A stretch of DNA of 64,000 bases from Hormiphora californensis (taxonomy: Eukaryota > Animalia > Ctenophora), in NCBI GenBank assembly GCA_020137815.1, contig CM035360.1, positions 1,054,001-1,118,000 on the forward strand. The letters are read 5' to 3'. Under the pieces are notes generated by a model, which was not told the origin of the DNA, did not search any database, and was given only the letters and a program-made list of their open reading frames with translations. Below are positions 34,501-48,433 of the stretch, piece after piece. How positions within the stretch are numbered: position 1 is the first letter of the stretch; the number at the start of each line of letters is the position of its first letter. Position numbers and translations under genes: made by a program.

Positions 34501-36195
34501 TGAAAATACTATCAGAATTATAGACCAAGATGATGGGGAGAACTCAGTATCCCAGGTTCCTAAGACGTCTTTAACAAACACACAAACGTAAGATATTACT
34601 GTGGTCAAGGATTTTCACAAGTTGGTATGGCCGCATCGAGTTGGTATGGAAGCGTTATAGAGACTTTAATACCCTCCATACCAACTCTCTAAATATAATC
34701 TATGAGTTGGTATGGAGGTCACTGAACCTCACAAAACGCTTCCATACCAACACCCTCCATACCTATGTGGTATGGGGGATGTTGGTATGGAGGTTGTTGG
34801 TATGTAAGTGTGGAACCCTAAAATAGTATCAGTGCCATAGCTTAGCGAATGATATATATGTTGCAAAAAAATAGATTTGTTGATCAAATGATATAATATC
34901 CAGGAACCGACCGAATCAGGAGATACTGGTCCCTGATTGGCTGATAAAAAGTCACGTGACCTAAATAACGAGTTCTGATTGGTTGTTTACTTGTGTCGGC
35001 CGGTTCAACCAGAACTGGTTATTTAGGTCATGTGACTGGTTATCATCCAATCAGGGGCCAGTATTTCCTGATTCGGTCGGTTCCTGGACTTATACCCTTT
35101 CAGAGTCTGTTTGGAGAGGGTATTTCAGAGGACGTAGTGAAGGCACATGGAGGCACACAGCAGTTGACGATGGAAAAATGGGCGGCAATCAACCAAACTA
35201 AACAGATAATGAAGTCTTGTCCCCGAGATTTCGAGTAAGATCTATGATACATATTGTTACAACATGTTATGTTAACATGTTATGTTTTTATGTTTATCTA
35301 GTATTCATTTTTCCGGATTTTTCTAACATTTAGTTTTCAGATGGGTTAGAAGTCGAGTGACCCCTGAAATTGAATCATATGGGCCGGAGACAAGCAAGGC
35401 ATATGGGGTAAGCACTTTCAGTGAATGCTTGGGATTAACTGCTATCGATAGTCGATACCAGCGATAACGTCGGGACTGGGATGGGTGGTCGTAGAAAGTA
35501 GAAACCTAGCATGTATCAAGATCATTTCGCTTCTTTCATTTCGCTTCTTTCATTTCGCTTCTTTCATTTTAACCTCTAATTTTCTAGGTATCTGACCTCG
35601 AAATGGGCTACTGTTTGTCAAGAAAACAAGATCACGAAACGAAACATATTTTACCAATAATAGAGGCTTGTATTGCCCTTGATGGCCGACCGAAGAGGGA
35701 CTCAGCTCGGTTGACAATCTGGGACGAACTCCGAATATATGACAGGCTTTGTCTCGACTGGGGATGGGGTGAAAATTGGCTTTTGTTTGACAGCTGCCAT
35801 AAACTGGGTGGAGCCCAGACAACGAAATACAATTCAAATCTAAAGGTTTGTGGTACATTAAAATCCACTACGAGATTCCCATCTCACGAATTATAGGACA
35901 GTCATTTCATTCACTTTCATTTAGCCCCCAAGCGGCGACAAACCCACTCGGTAAACGGGCTACTAAAAAATAGAAGGGCCAATATTTGAAACTGTATATT
36001 AATTCATCTTTAACAATGACAACACAAATTCTTTTGCAGACATTAACAAGTGGTAACGGAGAATGGTGCATGGTCCACAACATCACCTCAAACGTATTTG
36101 TGAGGGAATTGTGCGAAAAGAAAGACTCACTGACAAGTGATTTGAGATTCATATCCTTGCAATTTATAACTGTTTATGATTCTTCGATATTTTGA
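31543..36195 (+). CDS. GALNT: Polypeptide N-acetylgalactosaminyltransferase (GT27), multi-exon
   Basis: Exons encode VSVIINYHNE..LMLRSIYTV...ELILIDDAS, GLIYSRRFG, DxH motif VLDSHIEVKPGFLEPLL, TPAIMGGAF, WGFENIELTLKTWNCGGS...VPCSRVLH and a C-terminal ricin-B-like region. The candidate signal-anchor exon starts at ATG 31543 and needs one homopolymer correction near 31603. Confidence 0.88.
31855..32447 (-). mobile_element. 5'-truncated CR1/L2-type non-LTR retrotransposon in GALNT intron
   Basis: IENVQRCFTRRL...YWDRLKLLNLMSLQRRRQRY...LWNTLP...FKSSL (post-RT region). 3' tail of (TTGTAAAC)n. 9-bp TSD ACAGGATTA at 31846-31854 and 32448-32456. Confidence 0.9.
33787..34809. mobile_element. Non-autonomous TIR element with ~205-bp near-perfect arms containing CCATACCAAC repeats
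   Basis: 33787-33991 is the reverse complement of 34605-34809. Lies in a GALNT intron. Confidence 0.8.
34901..35086. mobile_element. Two fused, oppositely oriented copies of the CAGGAACCGACC MITE
   Basis: Forward copy 34901-~35005 joined to a reverse partial copy ending TTCGGTCGGTTCCTG. Confidence 0.75.
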
Positions 36196-36729
36196 TGATA
36201 TTTTAAATTGATGTTTATTGTTTAACCCGGCCAAACTGAACTATCTAATTGTTCAAGCTCTTTGAAATCTTGAGCTTGCAATGAATATCAACTTAATATC
36301 ATCCAGTCACTGTACTGGACACTGGACAGTGATAGTCTGGCGTGTTGACGATCAATCCCCGGCCTCGCAACTCGCAAGCGGTGCCCGGCAGACGGCAGTG
36401 GGCACCTGTTTAAAAAAAAGAGCCTAGAATCGCCAGTACAAAGTCTTAGATTGCGTCAAAGTAGGCTTCTGTACTTAAATAGAGGAGACTGCAGTCAAGC
36501 GGACAGTCCTTCCGATAGTAAAGTGTAGCGTAAAGCAAGATTTTTGAATTTGTAAAAGGACCACAAAAAAATGTTCACCGCGAGCAGATAAAAAGTTTTC
36601 TGAAATCGCAAATAGGCCGCGCGGCGCGGGGGCGAATTTTGGTTGAAATGCGCTGCATACCAAAATCGAAGCGCGCGCGTTTTGCCGCAGTTTTCCAGAA
36701 ACGAAAAAAACAGAATCGAAAAAGTGCCA

Positions 36730-38160
36730 AGTCTACACTGGTGGTAAAACGTGAACATCTGGCTAGAGCTAAGGAGCTATTCAATGACACAGATTTGAAT
36801 CTGACGGTGGAAGGTGCGAAGCATCTTGGAGCGGCGATTGGGACCATGGAATACAGCTGGGAGTACACTGAGGATCGAGTAGCGGAGTGGACTGACATGG
36901 TTGAAAATTTAACTGAAATTGCCAGTAGCCATCCACACCTCGCCTACTCGAACTTCATCTCATCACTGAAATTCAAATGGGTGTATCTCCAACGTACCAT
37001 CCCTGACTCGGCAGACTCTTTTCAGAGGTTGGAAGATGCGATCAGGAACAGACTGATACCCAAGCTGATAGGAAGACCATGTAGCGATATGGAGAGGAAG
37101 ATCTTCGCCCTTCCTATCAGAGAGGGAGGACTAGGTTTAGATAACCCAGTTGAGACGGCCCCGATCTTCTACAAAATTCAGAGCATGTCACTGAGCCACT
37201 GGTGTTAAACATACTTGAATTGGATGAAAACAAGAAGACAATCCATGAAGTTGAGAAAGAAATCGCAGAGAGGAGGCTTGAATGCAGTGTCGAGGAGATG
37301 AAGAGACAGAAGGCGCTAAGAGAGGCAGTGTGTAAAGATGAAGAAAAATGGACCAGGACATTTCTTCTAAACATGGAGACGGGAGCTTCGTCTTGGCTCT
37401 CTGCCCGGCCCTTGGAGATTTTCAACAGAGAACTATCCAAATCAGAGTTCACAGATGCGATGTGCCTCAGGTATGGCTTTGAAATCAACGGCCAGTTCTC
37501 TGAATGTGTATGTGGAAAACAGAATGGGGCAGACCATGCCCTGAGCTGTAGCACTGGCGGGTTTACTATCCTGCGACACAACGAGATTAGAGATACCCTT
37601 GCAGATATTATTACCCATGCAGGATACAAGGGTGTTGAAATTGAGAAAGTGTTGCAGCCAGTTAACCCAGATGACTACCCCCGAAGTGTCAATACAGCAC
37701 CTGATGCTCGCAGTGACGTGTATGCCATTGGGTTGTGGAGAGGACTACAGGGGGCCCACGTGGACGTTGCAGTGTTTCATCCTACTGCACCCAGTTACAG
37801 AGGAAAAGACCCAAAATCTCTGTACAAAATGAATGAAAGTCGGAAGAAACGTGATTACCAACAAAGAATCAGAGAATCGGAGAGAGGGGCTTTCACCCCG
37901 TTTGTTATGGCTACTTCCGGAGGTTCCGGACTAGAGGCAGAACGACTAATCAAAAAGCTCGCTTCACGCATCTCTACCAAACACAAGGATAAATATGCTG
38001 AAGTGATTAATTTCCTGAGAACGCGGATACGATTCTGTCTCCTCAGAAGTACTCTGGTCTCACTCAGGGGCACGAGGAAAAAGTTCACGACTCCACCACC
38101 CATTGCAATGTGTGATTTTACTGACTGACTTTTTATTTATAATATTTATTGTTTATTTGA
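36730..38160 (+). mobile_element. 5'-truncated RLE-type non-LTR retrotransposon (CRE-like)
   Basis: End of RT (KHLGAAIGT, LPIREGGLGL), CCHC finger CVCGKQNGADHALSC, RHNEIRD, and restriction-like endonuclease (RSDV...VDVAV...KKRDY...FTPFVMATSGG). One frameshift near 37190; T/A-rich tail. Confidence 0.88.
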
Positions 38161-38427
38161 GTGAGTGATTTTAAGATTTATTTATTACTAACCCCAACAC
38201 CGGGGGCAAATGATCGAACCCAATGTGAATGAGACTCATCGCGATTAACTCTTCATACGGTTACCCCCTTTCTCTCTTCGGCAGCTTCTCTTCGGCTGTT
38301 GGAAAGTGATGCCAATCGGTTTTGGGGTTAGTGAATTTTCGAAAAAAAATTTTTGGCACTTTTTGGACGTTTTTGGGCATATGACCAATCTCTGCAAACT
38401 TCTTAACTCATGCACATGGCCGTAGGA

Positions 38428-38723
38428 TAGGGATCCCTAAAAAAGTTCAGTATTTACACAGCGTTTACACAGTCTTTACACAGTCGTTACACCCAGAGCG
38501 GCGCGTGCTGCGTTTGGCGGCTTTTTCTAAGAAAATATTGGATTGTGTGCTGCACAATTGAGTAAATTGAGCGCTGCGGCGAAAAAAGTTTCCGAAAACG
38601 CTGCAAATCGAGTGCGAAAGACGCAGCCTTTACACCCAGAGCGGCGCGGGCGCTCTGGGTGTAACGACTGTGTAAAGACTGTGTAAACGCTGTGTAAATA
38701 CTGAACTTTTTTAGGGATCCCTA
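38428..38723. mobile_element. MITE with ~73-bp TIRs
   Basis: TAGGGATCCCTAAAAAAGTTCAGTATTTACACAG... and its exact reverse complement at the right end. Confidence 0.8.
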
Positions 38724-39483
38724 TTGGTTTTTCGCAGATTTTAAAGAAAAGACCATTTTCCCGTCCGTTAAAACTGTGATTCCAACTTCCAAAATTCTAA
38801 CTTCCAACGGCCTGTGAGTTGATGTATGTTAGAGTTGGGGTTTGCCATAAAAGGAACTAAGGCCAAACAGCCTAAAAAACAACTGAGGAGATATATTTGG
38901 TTTTTAGTAAGAATTACAAAAAACTGTGATCACTTGCTTTTTAACTGTTTTTTTATTAATTCCCAATTACCATCGCCATCAGTTATCACCGTCGGACACT
39001 GAGATAACATGGATCGTGAGTTATTGAATGGTATAACTTATAATATCACTGATCGGCTATTGGCGTCATATTCAACTCTTGTCTCATTTTATGGATCTAT
39101 TTAGATCTTTTCCAGGAAAAGTTTTCCTGATCTTAGTTCTTACTTTACACCTGGACCTAATTCTTATTCAATTAGGTCTGGTTTGATTCACTGCACAGTG
39201 AGCACCGACATTAGATATATTAGTGATCAGAGAGATGATGAGAGGAGAAGCGGACCTAGTGAGAACAGAGTGAGACCATTTTAGTACTTTGCGGTCATGA
39301 AAATTATTACACGCTCTCCTATCGCTGCAAATCACAATCTTACTAAAATTATATTAGGCTCAAAGTGGCGACGATTTGTAATGACCAGAAATAATAAATT
39401 GAGAATTATCCGTCTCCATGACTTTGCTGTTCCGGTTAGCTGCAACAGGGACAACGTGTGATTCTCTCACTCGCATACCTCCC

Positions 39484-39484
39484 C

Positions 39485-39570
<86 letters not shown>
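39484..39570. repeat. (CT)n microsatellite; similar tracts at ~13348-13383, ~40300-40406, ~44810-45030, ~53985-54135 and ~61950-62235
   Basis: Direct observation. Confidence 0.95.
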
Positions 39571-40323
39571 GTCCCTCGCCCTCTCTCTCCCTTCCTGCAG
39601 TCTAGCACCCCACCCACTTCCGGAGTGTTGCCCCAGGGTTCCCAATTAACACGTGCCTCTAAATTGCACCCTTCTCTCTATCAAGGACTATTACACCTAC
39701 TAGCTCCCTTCTTAATAACCCCTCTTTCTACCCATCCCTTTCGTTAACCCCCTCTGTGTATTCTCCACACTCTACTCCGTGTTAAATCCTTGTTTTTTGC
39801 CTTAGATCTCAGTCGAACCTGGGTACTGCAAGCATCACTGGCCACTGCCCCTCCTATAATATCGTATTCAGTACAGCTCAGTACTCCCTCACTGAGCTAC
39901 CTCTATATTTTGCCTTTTTTGTAGTCTATTATCCCTGTACTAGAAGAATCCCGTACTTCTCCCTAATTTACATTTGTATCATTGCATTTTATTCATCCCA
40001 GCGCTGCATCTTGATAAGTTATCCCCTTGCTGGGCTCAGCACTACCTGTGTTTACAAACAAAGACTCTTCGTTATAGTGGCTGACCTTTTTACTTGGGGA
40101 CTCTTCAACACTATGCTTCTTTGCACTTTTATATCAGCCTTATTTTAGTAACTAAGATTTAGCTATGAATAATGAAATGCAGTTGTTATGATTCTAAACA
40201 AAGTAGGACGTTGGGGATGTGATGGTTAGAGATGAGAAAGAGAGTGCACTGACTAGAGAAATAGACACCTTAAATTTATCTTTTTGTCTCTAACTAACAG
40301 AGAGAGAAGAGTGAGAAGAGAGG

Positions 40324-40386
<63 letters not shown>

Positions 40387-42056
40387 AATAGAGAGATAGA
40401 GAGAGAGTGTTCAAGAATCATTGTGTCTCTTATTTGACAAGCATGCAATGCCACACCGAGTGTATTCACCGATTAAGCGATCAACTGCTGGTTATTCTCT
40501 AACTCTCTCGCTAGTCTCTAAAGCTCTCTCTGTCTCCCTCTCTCTCTCTCCTATATTTCGTTGCCCCTCTCGTTTGTTTTCTCTTTGCTGATTGGTCCCT
40601 ATTTATCAGTCTATCATTAAAATTGCTCTCCATGGCTCCCTTTCTCTCACGAGAAGTCTAGTTTTCTTTGAGTTTGATGTCTGATGTTTAGTAATAAACA
40701 CGTCTTTTGCAAGCAAATTCCCAGGCCTAATTGCTCTTGCTTTGTTGTAACTTCTGTTTTCACTTTTTTTTATGGCCTTTCCTAATTTTCTTTCTTTTTT
40801 TAAACATGACTAAATAATAAACAGTTTCGTTGTTATGTTCTAACCCTCCCTTTACATTTGTAAAGGTGTGTTTCGGGTGTGGGGCGCCCGAAACACAGTC
40901 TAGCCAGGCAACAGTTTTGCTGTTCCAGACTCGAGGCAACAAAGCCTGAATCCACTGCAAGCAGTTCTCGACAACACGTGAATTGCCACTCACAACAAGT
41001 TTTTATTGCAGTCCATTAGTCGAGTAAAGAATTTCTGGATTCTCTTAAATTCTACATGCTCTTTATCTCTCCAATAAAATTCCTTCTTTTTTCGTCTTGA
41101 TCTTCCTGCTTTCTCTCTTTCTGTCTCTGTAATTTCTTTATCGATTTTTTGTCTCTCATTTACTTTTCTTTCATTTTCAGACTCAAGTTCTCAAAATCGT
41201 TCTAGTTTGATGGTTTGATAGTCCTATATTTTCTTTATATTCTATTCTTAGTCTTCAGCAGAAATTTCACCTATTCATTCTGATGCACTGTTTAACTCAT
41301 TATCCATAATATATTTAATCGTAACGATTTAACACAGCTATCTCTCTCTCTGTATATTGCTGCTTTATAAACACCCATGCTATGATGGTGTCTCTGAGAC
41401 ACTGTCTCATAACCACGCAGACAGCTGTAATGGTCCAACCGGTGAGGGGCGAACCGCGGGAACCACCGTCACGGTGCCACTGAACCGGCCCTCAACTTGA
41501 CGTAGGGCGCGCGGTCTCCGCTCTGGGCTAATTCGCGCGCGTCGTTGGTGATTTAACTGCATGTCTCGCCGTTGAAGCATGGTGATTCTCTCTGAGTCGA
41601 ACCTGGGCCACTGGTCGAGCCCTGAGGTGTCGCCCTGCATGTCCTACTCCACCCTGTTTACTCATATCATGTTGACATTATTGACATTAATGTGTTGGCG
41701 TTTACCCAACATTCGTTTAGGAAGCCTATCCAATACGTAATGAAGAGGCCTGTCAACTGTTCTTTCTCTCGCCTTTTCAGTCGCTTCCCCTCTGTCTTTC
41801 CTCTCAATCTAGTGACTAGTTTCTAGACCATATATGGGTTGCATTTCTTTTAACTAACTGACATCATACCAAGTCAGTATGAATTATAAAACTCTGTTTA
41901 CTGAATTGAGAAACCCAGGGTTGCGACCGGTTGTCTTAACTCTTGTTGATTGTTCAGACTGTCTCGAGTGAGGTGAAGAACGGGGAACAGCAGTTCTTGC
42001 TTCCTTACCGTTTGTAGTTACTAGTTTTTACCATCAAAATGATTTAAACAGTAGTA

Positions 42057-44522
42057 GGGGAGACTTGGCCATAACGGTATACCATCCTTTTTCCCCATAT
42101 ATCTCCATTTCTACTGGCTCTTCCCCCTTCATTTTTATTTGGTTGTATTTTTCATTGTTAGATTTATCATTTCCCTGAAATATATCTTCCTACCTACACC
42201 CAAAGATGAGCAACGGTACTATCCCATTTGGTATAAAATTTATGCAGTGGCTAAAAATTTTGGCGAAACGGGACATACATTTTTGGGTCAAACGGGATAT
42301 CCCATTTAACCGAAGTTGCGTGTCCCATTTTGCCAAAACCACTTTAGTTTGGTAAGAACTTTAATTATATGCCAAGCACGGGGTTATTAATTGGAAGTAA
42401 GCATAGAAATATTGTTTAAACATAAATTATTTGTGTTATGCACAAATGACGTTTTGTTTCCCGGCCGAAAATGGATGTATTATTGATGTCTATGCTTTAA
42501 AACTTGGTTTTTTGATGAATTTTGTGCTATCAAACATTTTTCGGCTGATGCAATGTAACTTGCCATGGTTTCCTAGGTGGTTGCTATGGTAACAAAACGA
42601 TCCCAAGCAGTTGCTATGGTAATCAATAAAGATACTTAGATCTTAGGTCAAACGGGATAGCAAACTTTGGTAAAATAGGATATCCCATTTTAGCAAATTT
42701 GGCCCAAATTTGGTAAAATGGGATATCCCATTTTGGACAAGGTGTAAATGTCCCATATAACCCAAACTGAACAACTTAAGGGTACGCTAACCAAAATTTT
42801 TTTTCGAGTGCAGGGAAATCTCTCACCGTAGGGTTGTAGGCCATACCAAGGAGACCTCAAATATGCAATTTTAGCCCTTAAGTCGAATTCATATTTTTGC
42901 TACAGCTGTTTAAAAAATGTCCTGTAAATACGTTTTTGGCATCTCAAAAAAATTTTTTTAAAGATAGGAGCATGAAAATTTGGGGATTTGAAAAGGACAT
43001 GAAGGGGAATAACCACAAAAAAATTTTTTGCAATCCGAGCTGATTTCCGGTCCTGAGATGGATTTCTTTTTTTCCACTTTAACGCCCTATTTGGCAAAGT
43101 TCCGAAAACATGTGAAAGCTGTAAATTGGTGAAAAGTTGCGTCTAACGATTATCTAAGTGGCCATAAATTTTGGGCGTGTCCTTATTTGAGATAAGCTGT
43201 ACAGAGTTTTTTTTGTGAAAGCCGTCATTTCAGAAATAAATAAATAACCTGTATCTCAAAAACGGCTGATCGTAGAGACCTGAGACTATGCTTAAACGAT
43301 TCAGAAGGTCCGATTTTGGGGGGGTCTTCTGAGAGACATTTTGCTCCTACTTCAACCGCTTTTGCTGTAATTGCGAAAAACAAAAACCCATCTTCGCCAT
43401 CGTGGATTTTTTGTGATTTTGTTTTTGGTGATTATAGGGACCCATATGGACCAAATAGTGAATGAATTAGCTTGTTACACATTTTTCCATAGTTTCGGTC
43501 CTTTCTTAGCCAAAATTCCCTAATTACAGGATATTGGAGTTTAGCTTTTGCCCTTTTCATAGAATTTGTTTTTCGCAGTTACAGCAAAAACGGTTGAAGT
43601 AGGAGCAAAATGTCTCTCAGAAGACCCCCCCAAAATCGGACCTTCTGAATCGTTTAAGCATAGTCTCAGGTCTCTACGATCAGCCGTTTTTGAGATACAG
43701 GTTATTTATTTATTTCTGAAATGACGGCTTTCACAAAAAAAACTCTGTACAGCTTATCTCAAATAAGGACACGCCCAAAATTTATGGCCACTTAGATAAT
43801 CGTTAGACGCAACTTTCCACCAATTTACAGCTTTCACATGTTTTCGGAACTTTGCCAAATAGGGCGTTAAAGTGGAAAAAAAGAAATCCATCTCAGGACC
43901 GGAAATCAGCTCGGATTGCAAAAAATTTTTTTGTGGTTATTCCCCTTCATGTCCTTTTCAAATCCCCAAATTTTCATGCTCCTATCTTTAAAAAAATTTT
44001 TTTGAGATGCCAAAAACGTATTTACAGGACATTTTTTAAACAGCTGTAGCAAAAATATGAATTCGACTTAAGGGCTAAAATTGCATATTTGAGGTCTCCT
44101 TGGTATGGCCTACAACCCTACGGTGAGAGATTTCCCTGCACTCGAAAAAAAATTTTGGTTAGCGTACCCTTAACTATATCAACTATTTAACAAACACTGT
44201 AATTTGAGAAAGGTTAAAAATATTTAAGGGTGCAAGAAAATTATACAGGCTAATATTTCCGCCCAAAAACTGGTAACAATCTACCAAGAGAGCTGTGTAA
44301 TCGAGCTTAACACAAGATCAAATTTTCGACTTAGATAATTCTGTGGGAAACCACTTACACACGACACCATCTAATTGTCAGAAAATGATAATAATCAATG
44401 GAAAATGATCCTTGAACAAAGAGGATCGTATTGTAGTGTTCAGTTTGTGTCTGAACCTTATTATCTTACGTACAGCCCAAGATCCCATTTGGGCACACGT
44501 CCCATATTGGCCAAGTCTCCCC
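42057..44522. mobile_element. TA-flanked non-autonomous DNA transposon (GGGGAGACTTGGCCA TIR) interrupted by a foldback insertion
   Basis: TIRs at 42057 and 44508-44522; internal repeated GGGATATCCCATTT motifs. Confidence 0.7.
42780..44169. mobile_element. Foldback element, ~605-bp near-perfect arms, GGG...CCC ends, TTAA TSD (Kolobok/Sola3-like)
   Basis: Identical ORFs on opposite strands (42900-43097 and 43852-44049); TTAA at 42776-42779 and 44170-44173. Confidence 0.88.
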
Positions 44523-44825
44523 TATTTTAAGAGTCAGACAGACTCCACAAGACCTTTTACCAAATGCATTAGCTTTCTCTTGGCACTGTAGTTTCAATTT
44601 CTACTCCGTGGGTCCGTTAGAGGTAGTCAGCGGCACAAGTACACCCATAGCATGACACGTGTGAATATTCATTTTGTCACGTGACCTAGGTGACCGGCCA
44701 ATGGAGAAACCGCAAACTAGCCACATGTCTTTCGAGCTGTTAACAGGTTTTTCTGGGCCTTGATTAGTAACCCCCCGGAAACATACTACCCAAACTGTTG
44801 TACATTCATGCTCTTTCTTTCTCTT

Positions 44826-44883
<58 letters not shown>

Positions 44884-44893
44884 TCTCTCTCCC

Positions 44894-44959
<66 letters not shown>

Positions 44960-44967
44960 CATCTCTC

Positions 44968-45031
<64 letters not shown>

Positions 45032-46369
45032 ATCTCACTCTCCTTGCCCGCGGGTGTCTCTAATATGTTCTGCCCAACAGACCCATTATCTCCCTTTTTA
45101 CACAACAACTTTCCTCCCATTCCTTCCAACCAATAACATTCTTCTTCTTCTTCTTCATGTGTTGTTCATGTGTTGCCGTCAGTAAAGTTTACTGACAGTA
45201 AACTCTACTACTTTTTTACTGTGCAGCTGTTAGTGTAATACTTGTTGGATGTGTTGACAGGTGTTAAGTCACCCTTCCATTCCTGCAAGTCTAGGGATAG
45301 ATGTTGTTTGGCTAGGTCATTATTGTTTTATGACTTTCCAAGCCTGTCTTCATTAAGTGCCTGTCCCTATCCTTATTTGGTCTTAAATCTTTTCTGATCT
45401 TTGCCTTATCTTATAACTTTTCTGTGTTTTCATTTTCTTGATCAAGTAAGTTTTATCTCTCTCTTCCTCTCTCTCTTCCTCTCTCTCTCTCTCGATCACA
45501 TAACATTTCCTAATTGCTCTGCTAAACATGCAAGGAACAGAACAGAGCTTTATATTACTACTATTCGATTTATTGAACGATGAGTTGTAAAGATGACTGA
45601 GGGAGAGAGAGAGAGAGATAGGAGAGGGAGAGAGAGAGAGAGCAAGATAGGGGAGAGAGAAAATGATAAAGACTCTAAGACAGACATGCTCAATAAAGCG
45701 ATCCAGGGAGTTTATTATAGTAGAGTTGACTGTTCTTTCTCCCTCTCGGCCGCTGATGCACACGCAATATATATAACAGAGTGGCGTGATAGTGATTGCA
45801 TGTATGAATAGTTCCTACTAGACTCGACTTTCTCTTTCTCTATCTCTCTCCATCTCTCTCCATCTCTCCCTCTCTCTCTCTCCGACTGCCCTCCAGTCAC
45901 TCTCACTCATTGCTTTGATTACCCCACTAACACACTGCCCACCACCATTTTGTGCATATAACGCTTACCCCCCCCCCCACTCCACTCCAGTACTCCACTC
46001 CATCCCTTTATAGACGTGTTTTTGAAAGCCCCCCCCCGGCCCAATTCCCATTGATGACATCTCTGAATTCTGAGTAACATTGTTGAGCTTCAACGATATA
46101 CATTTGTTTTTCACTACCTCTGTTTTCACTTTATTTTGTGATCCAATCTCCATTGTTAGTAAATAGTATCTTCTGTCTAGTGTCTGGTGGCACTCAGATT
46201 GAGTCCGCGGCGCCAGACAGGCTATCTTAGTCCTCTCCTTTTCTGGCGGCGCTAGACCCCAGTTTTATTCTCAAAAAGTGCACCCAGATCTGGTCGGAGC
46301 TCCGCCAGACAATCCCTTCTCGAACTATTGTCTCTCATAGTTTGGGCGGGAGTGTTTGGTGTCGTGTCA

Positions 46370-47127
46370 TAGCACTGGCAAGTGCCCCGGGCCCAAAAGG
46401 GGGGTGTGGGGGCGCAGCCCCCACCTTAAACGGGGGTGTGGGGGCAGAGCCCCCACCTTAGAAATACCCTCTAACTCAAAAAATAAAAGAGAGAGCACAC
46501 GGAACACTTCTACACACAAGCGCGTTAACTTGGTTACGAAGTCACCCCTATTATTGCATATAGGGGTGACAATACCGCCTACCTAAAAATGAAAATTTAC
46601 GGGACCTTCTCATAAAAAGTTATCGAAAACTTGTCTAAAACCTATCTAAAACGTATGGTACTAGTTTGTATAGTAACCAGGACCTGAATTCTACAGAAAG
46701 TAACGACCGGTAGCGATTACACCACATGTTTAACAACAGAGGTGTGTCGCATAACTCCTTATATGGGCATAAAATTCCAATCTTGTGGAATTTTTTCTGA
46801 CTCGACTATAGCTTAGTTATCAATGAATCCACCTCTAATACCTTTGGAATGGCATTTTGCACATTTCTGAAGGTTTTTGTAGCCAAATTCCAGCATCTTC
46901 ATAGTTTTCAAAAAACAAAAACAGTGTTAATGGCCAAAATATCGAAAAATTCCGGTATGTAATGGTAGCTCAGACAATTTCCTCGGTATGTTCAAAAAAT
47001 TAGAACTTTCTGTTTTGTAGTTTGGACACAGGAATTTTTTTCCCGCCGTACAAGCGATATTATTACCCCTCCGTGAGCTAGCGCAGAGGGGGAATTTCAT
47101 TACCAACGCGTTAACCTGCCAGTGCTA
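46370..47127. mobile_element. Small TIR element (TAGCACTGGCA...TGCCAGTGCTA) hosting a nested insertion
   Basis: 11-bp TIR. No clear TSD. Confidence 0.55.
46530..47106. mobile_element. 577-bp DNA transposon with 9-bp TSD
   Basis: CGCGTTAAC duplicated at 46521-46529 and 47107-47115. Termini match the 72-bp element at 15317. Confidence 0.8.
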
Positions 47128-47599
47128 CTATATACCATTGCAAATTTCGGGGTTTTTGATGCTTTAAAAATGCATGTTCCAGATGAAGTAGAGGGATGAA
47201 ATTTTGTACTCTAAGGGCCCTCATATAGGAGAAGAGGCATACAAAATTTCAGAATGATCGGATGTAAGGTAAAATTTTGCCAGAGGGGTCCCAAAATGCA
47301 AAAATGTAAGGGAGGGGACGGGAGGGGAGGGGAGGAGATTGAGTTTGCCCGCGAAGCGGGCAAGCCCCGTATGTGAGGGGATCGCCCTACGGGCGCGCGA
47401 ACATGGGGGGCGCGACGTGCCCAAAGATTGAGTGTTCTCCTAAACCAGAAATAGTAGAGACTTGCCGTTTGGAACATTGGTTCCTTGCATTATTTGGCGT
47501 GGTATAGGCTATGTGAAAACTTCGAAATCGCCATAGTTCATTAATTATTCATTAATTATTCATTAATTATTCATTTTAATAACTTAATTGCGTTATATC

Positions 47600-48145
47600 T
47601 CCACTTCGGCTCGTCCTAAAACGTTTTCATGGGTATATTCCGACTCAAAATAGTCGATTTATGGGGGGTCGTCCCCCGGACAAAAATTCGTATCTCGCAC
47701 CGTTTAGCCGTTATTTGCATATTTATGCTCAAATTCATGATTTTATGCATAACCATTAAAATGTCCACTTCGGCTGACCCTAGAACGTTTTCTTGGGTAT
47801 ATTCCGACTCAAAATAGTCGATTTATGGGGGGTCGTCCCCCGGACAAAAATTCGCATCTCGCACCGTTTAGCCGTTATTTGCATATTTATGCTCAAATTT
47901 ATGCATATTCTTTAAAATTTCCACTTTGGCTGACCCTAGAACGTTTTCTTGGGTGTATTCCGACTCAAAATAGTCGATTTGTGGGGGGTCGTCCCCCAGA
48001 CAAAAATTCGTATCTCGCACTGTTTAGCCGTTATTTGCATATTTATGCTCAAATTCATGATTTTATGCATACCCTTTAAAATTTCCACTTCGGCTGACCC
48101 TAAAACGTTTTCTTAGGTATATTCCGACTCAAAATAGTCGATTTA
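47600..48145. repeat. Tandem repeat, ~160-bp unit, ~3.4 copies
   Basis: CCACTT(C/T)GGCT...CCGACTCAAAATAGTCGATTT recurs at ~47601, 47765, 47921 and 48085. Confidence 0.85.
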
Positions 48146-48433
48146 TTACACCAAAAAAGAACAGAAATTTAGTCCAAAAACCAATTAAATAAATTAGTTT
48201 GGATGCCCGGGCCCATTTGGTGTCACGGGGGTAAAACCTTTAGGCTACTGTCATAAATGATGAATATCGAGAGAGATAAAGAAAAACAAATTGTGATATA
48301 AAGAGTGAGATATATCGAGAAAGACGGAGAGATAGTAAGAGAAATATAAATAAAAGAGAGAAAAAAAAGAGAAAGAGGGAAATATGGAGGTGGAGAGTGG
48401 GAGAAAGAGGAAAAGAGGGAGAAAGAGATAGAG

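Noticed and set aside
42900-44049. Identical 65-aa ORFs on opposite strands (also 48906/55183/58078 and 33785/34641)
   Set aside because: Consequence of inverted transposon arms, not genes.
44172-44210. AT-rich stretch ending AATTTGAG resembling a spliced-leader exon
   Set aside because: Not followed by a GT donor or Sm site, and it lies inside a transposon.
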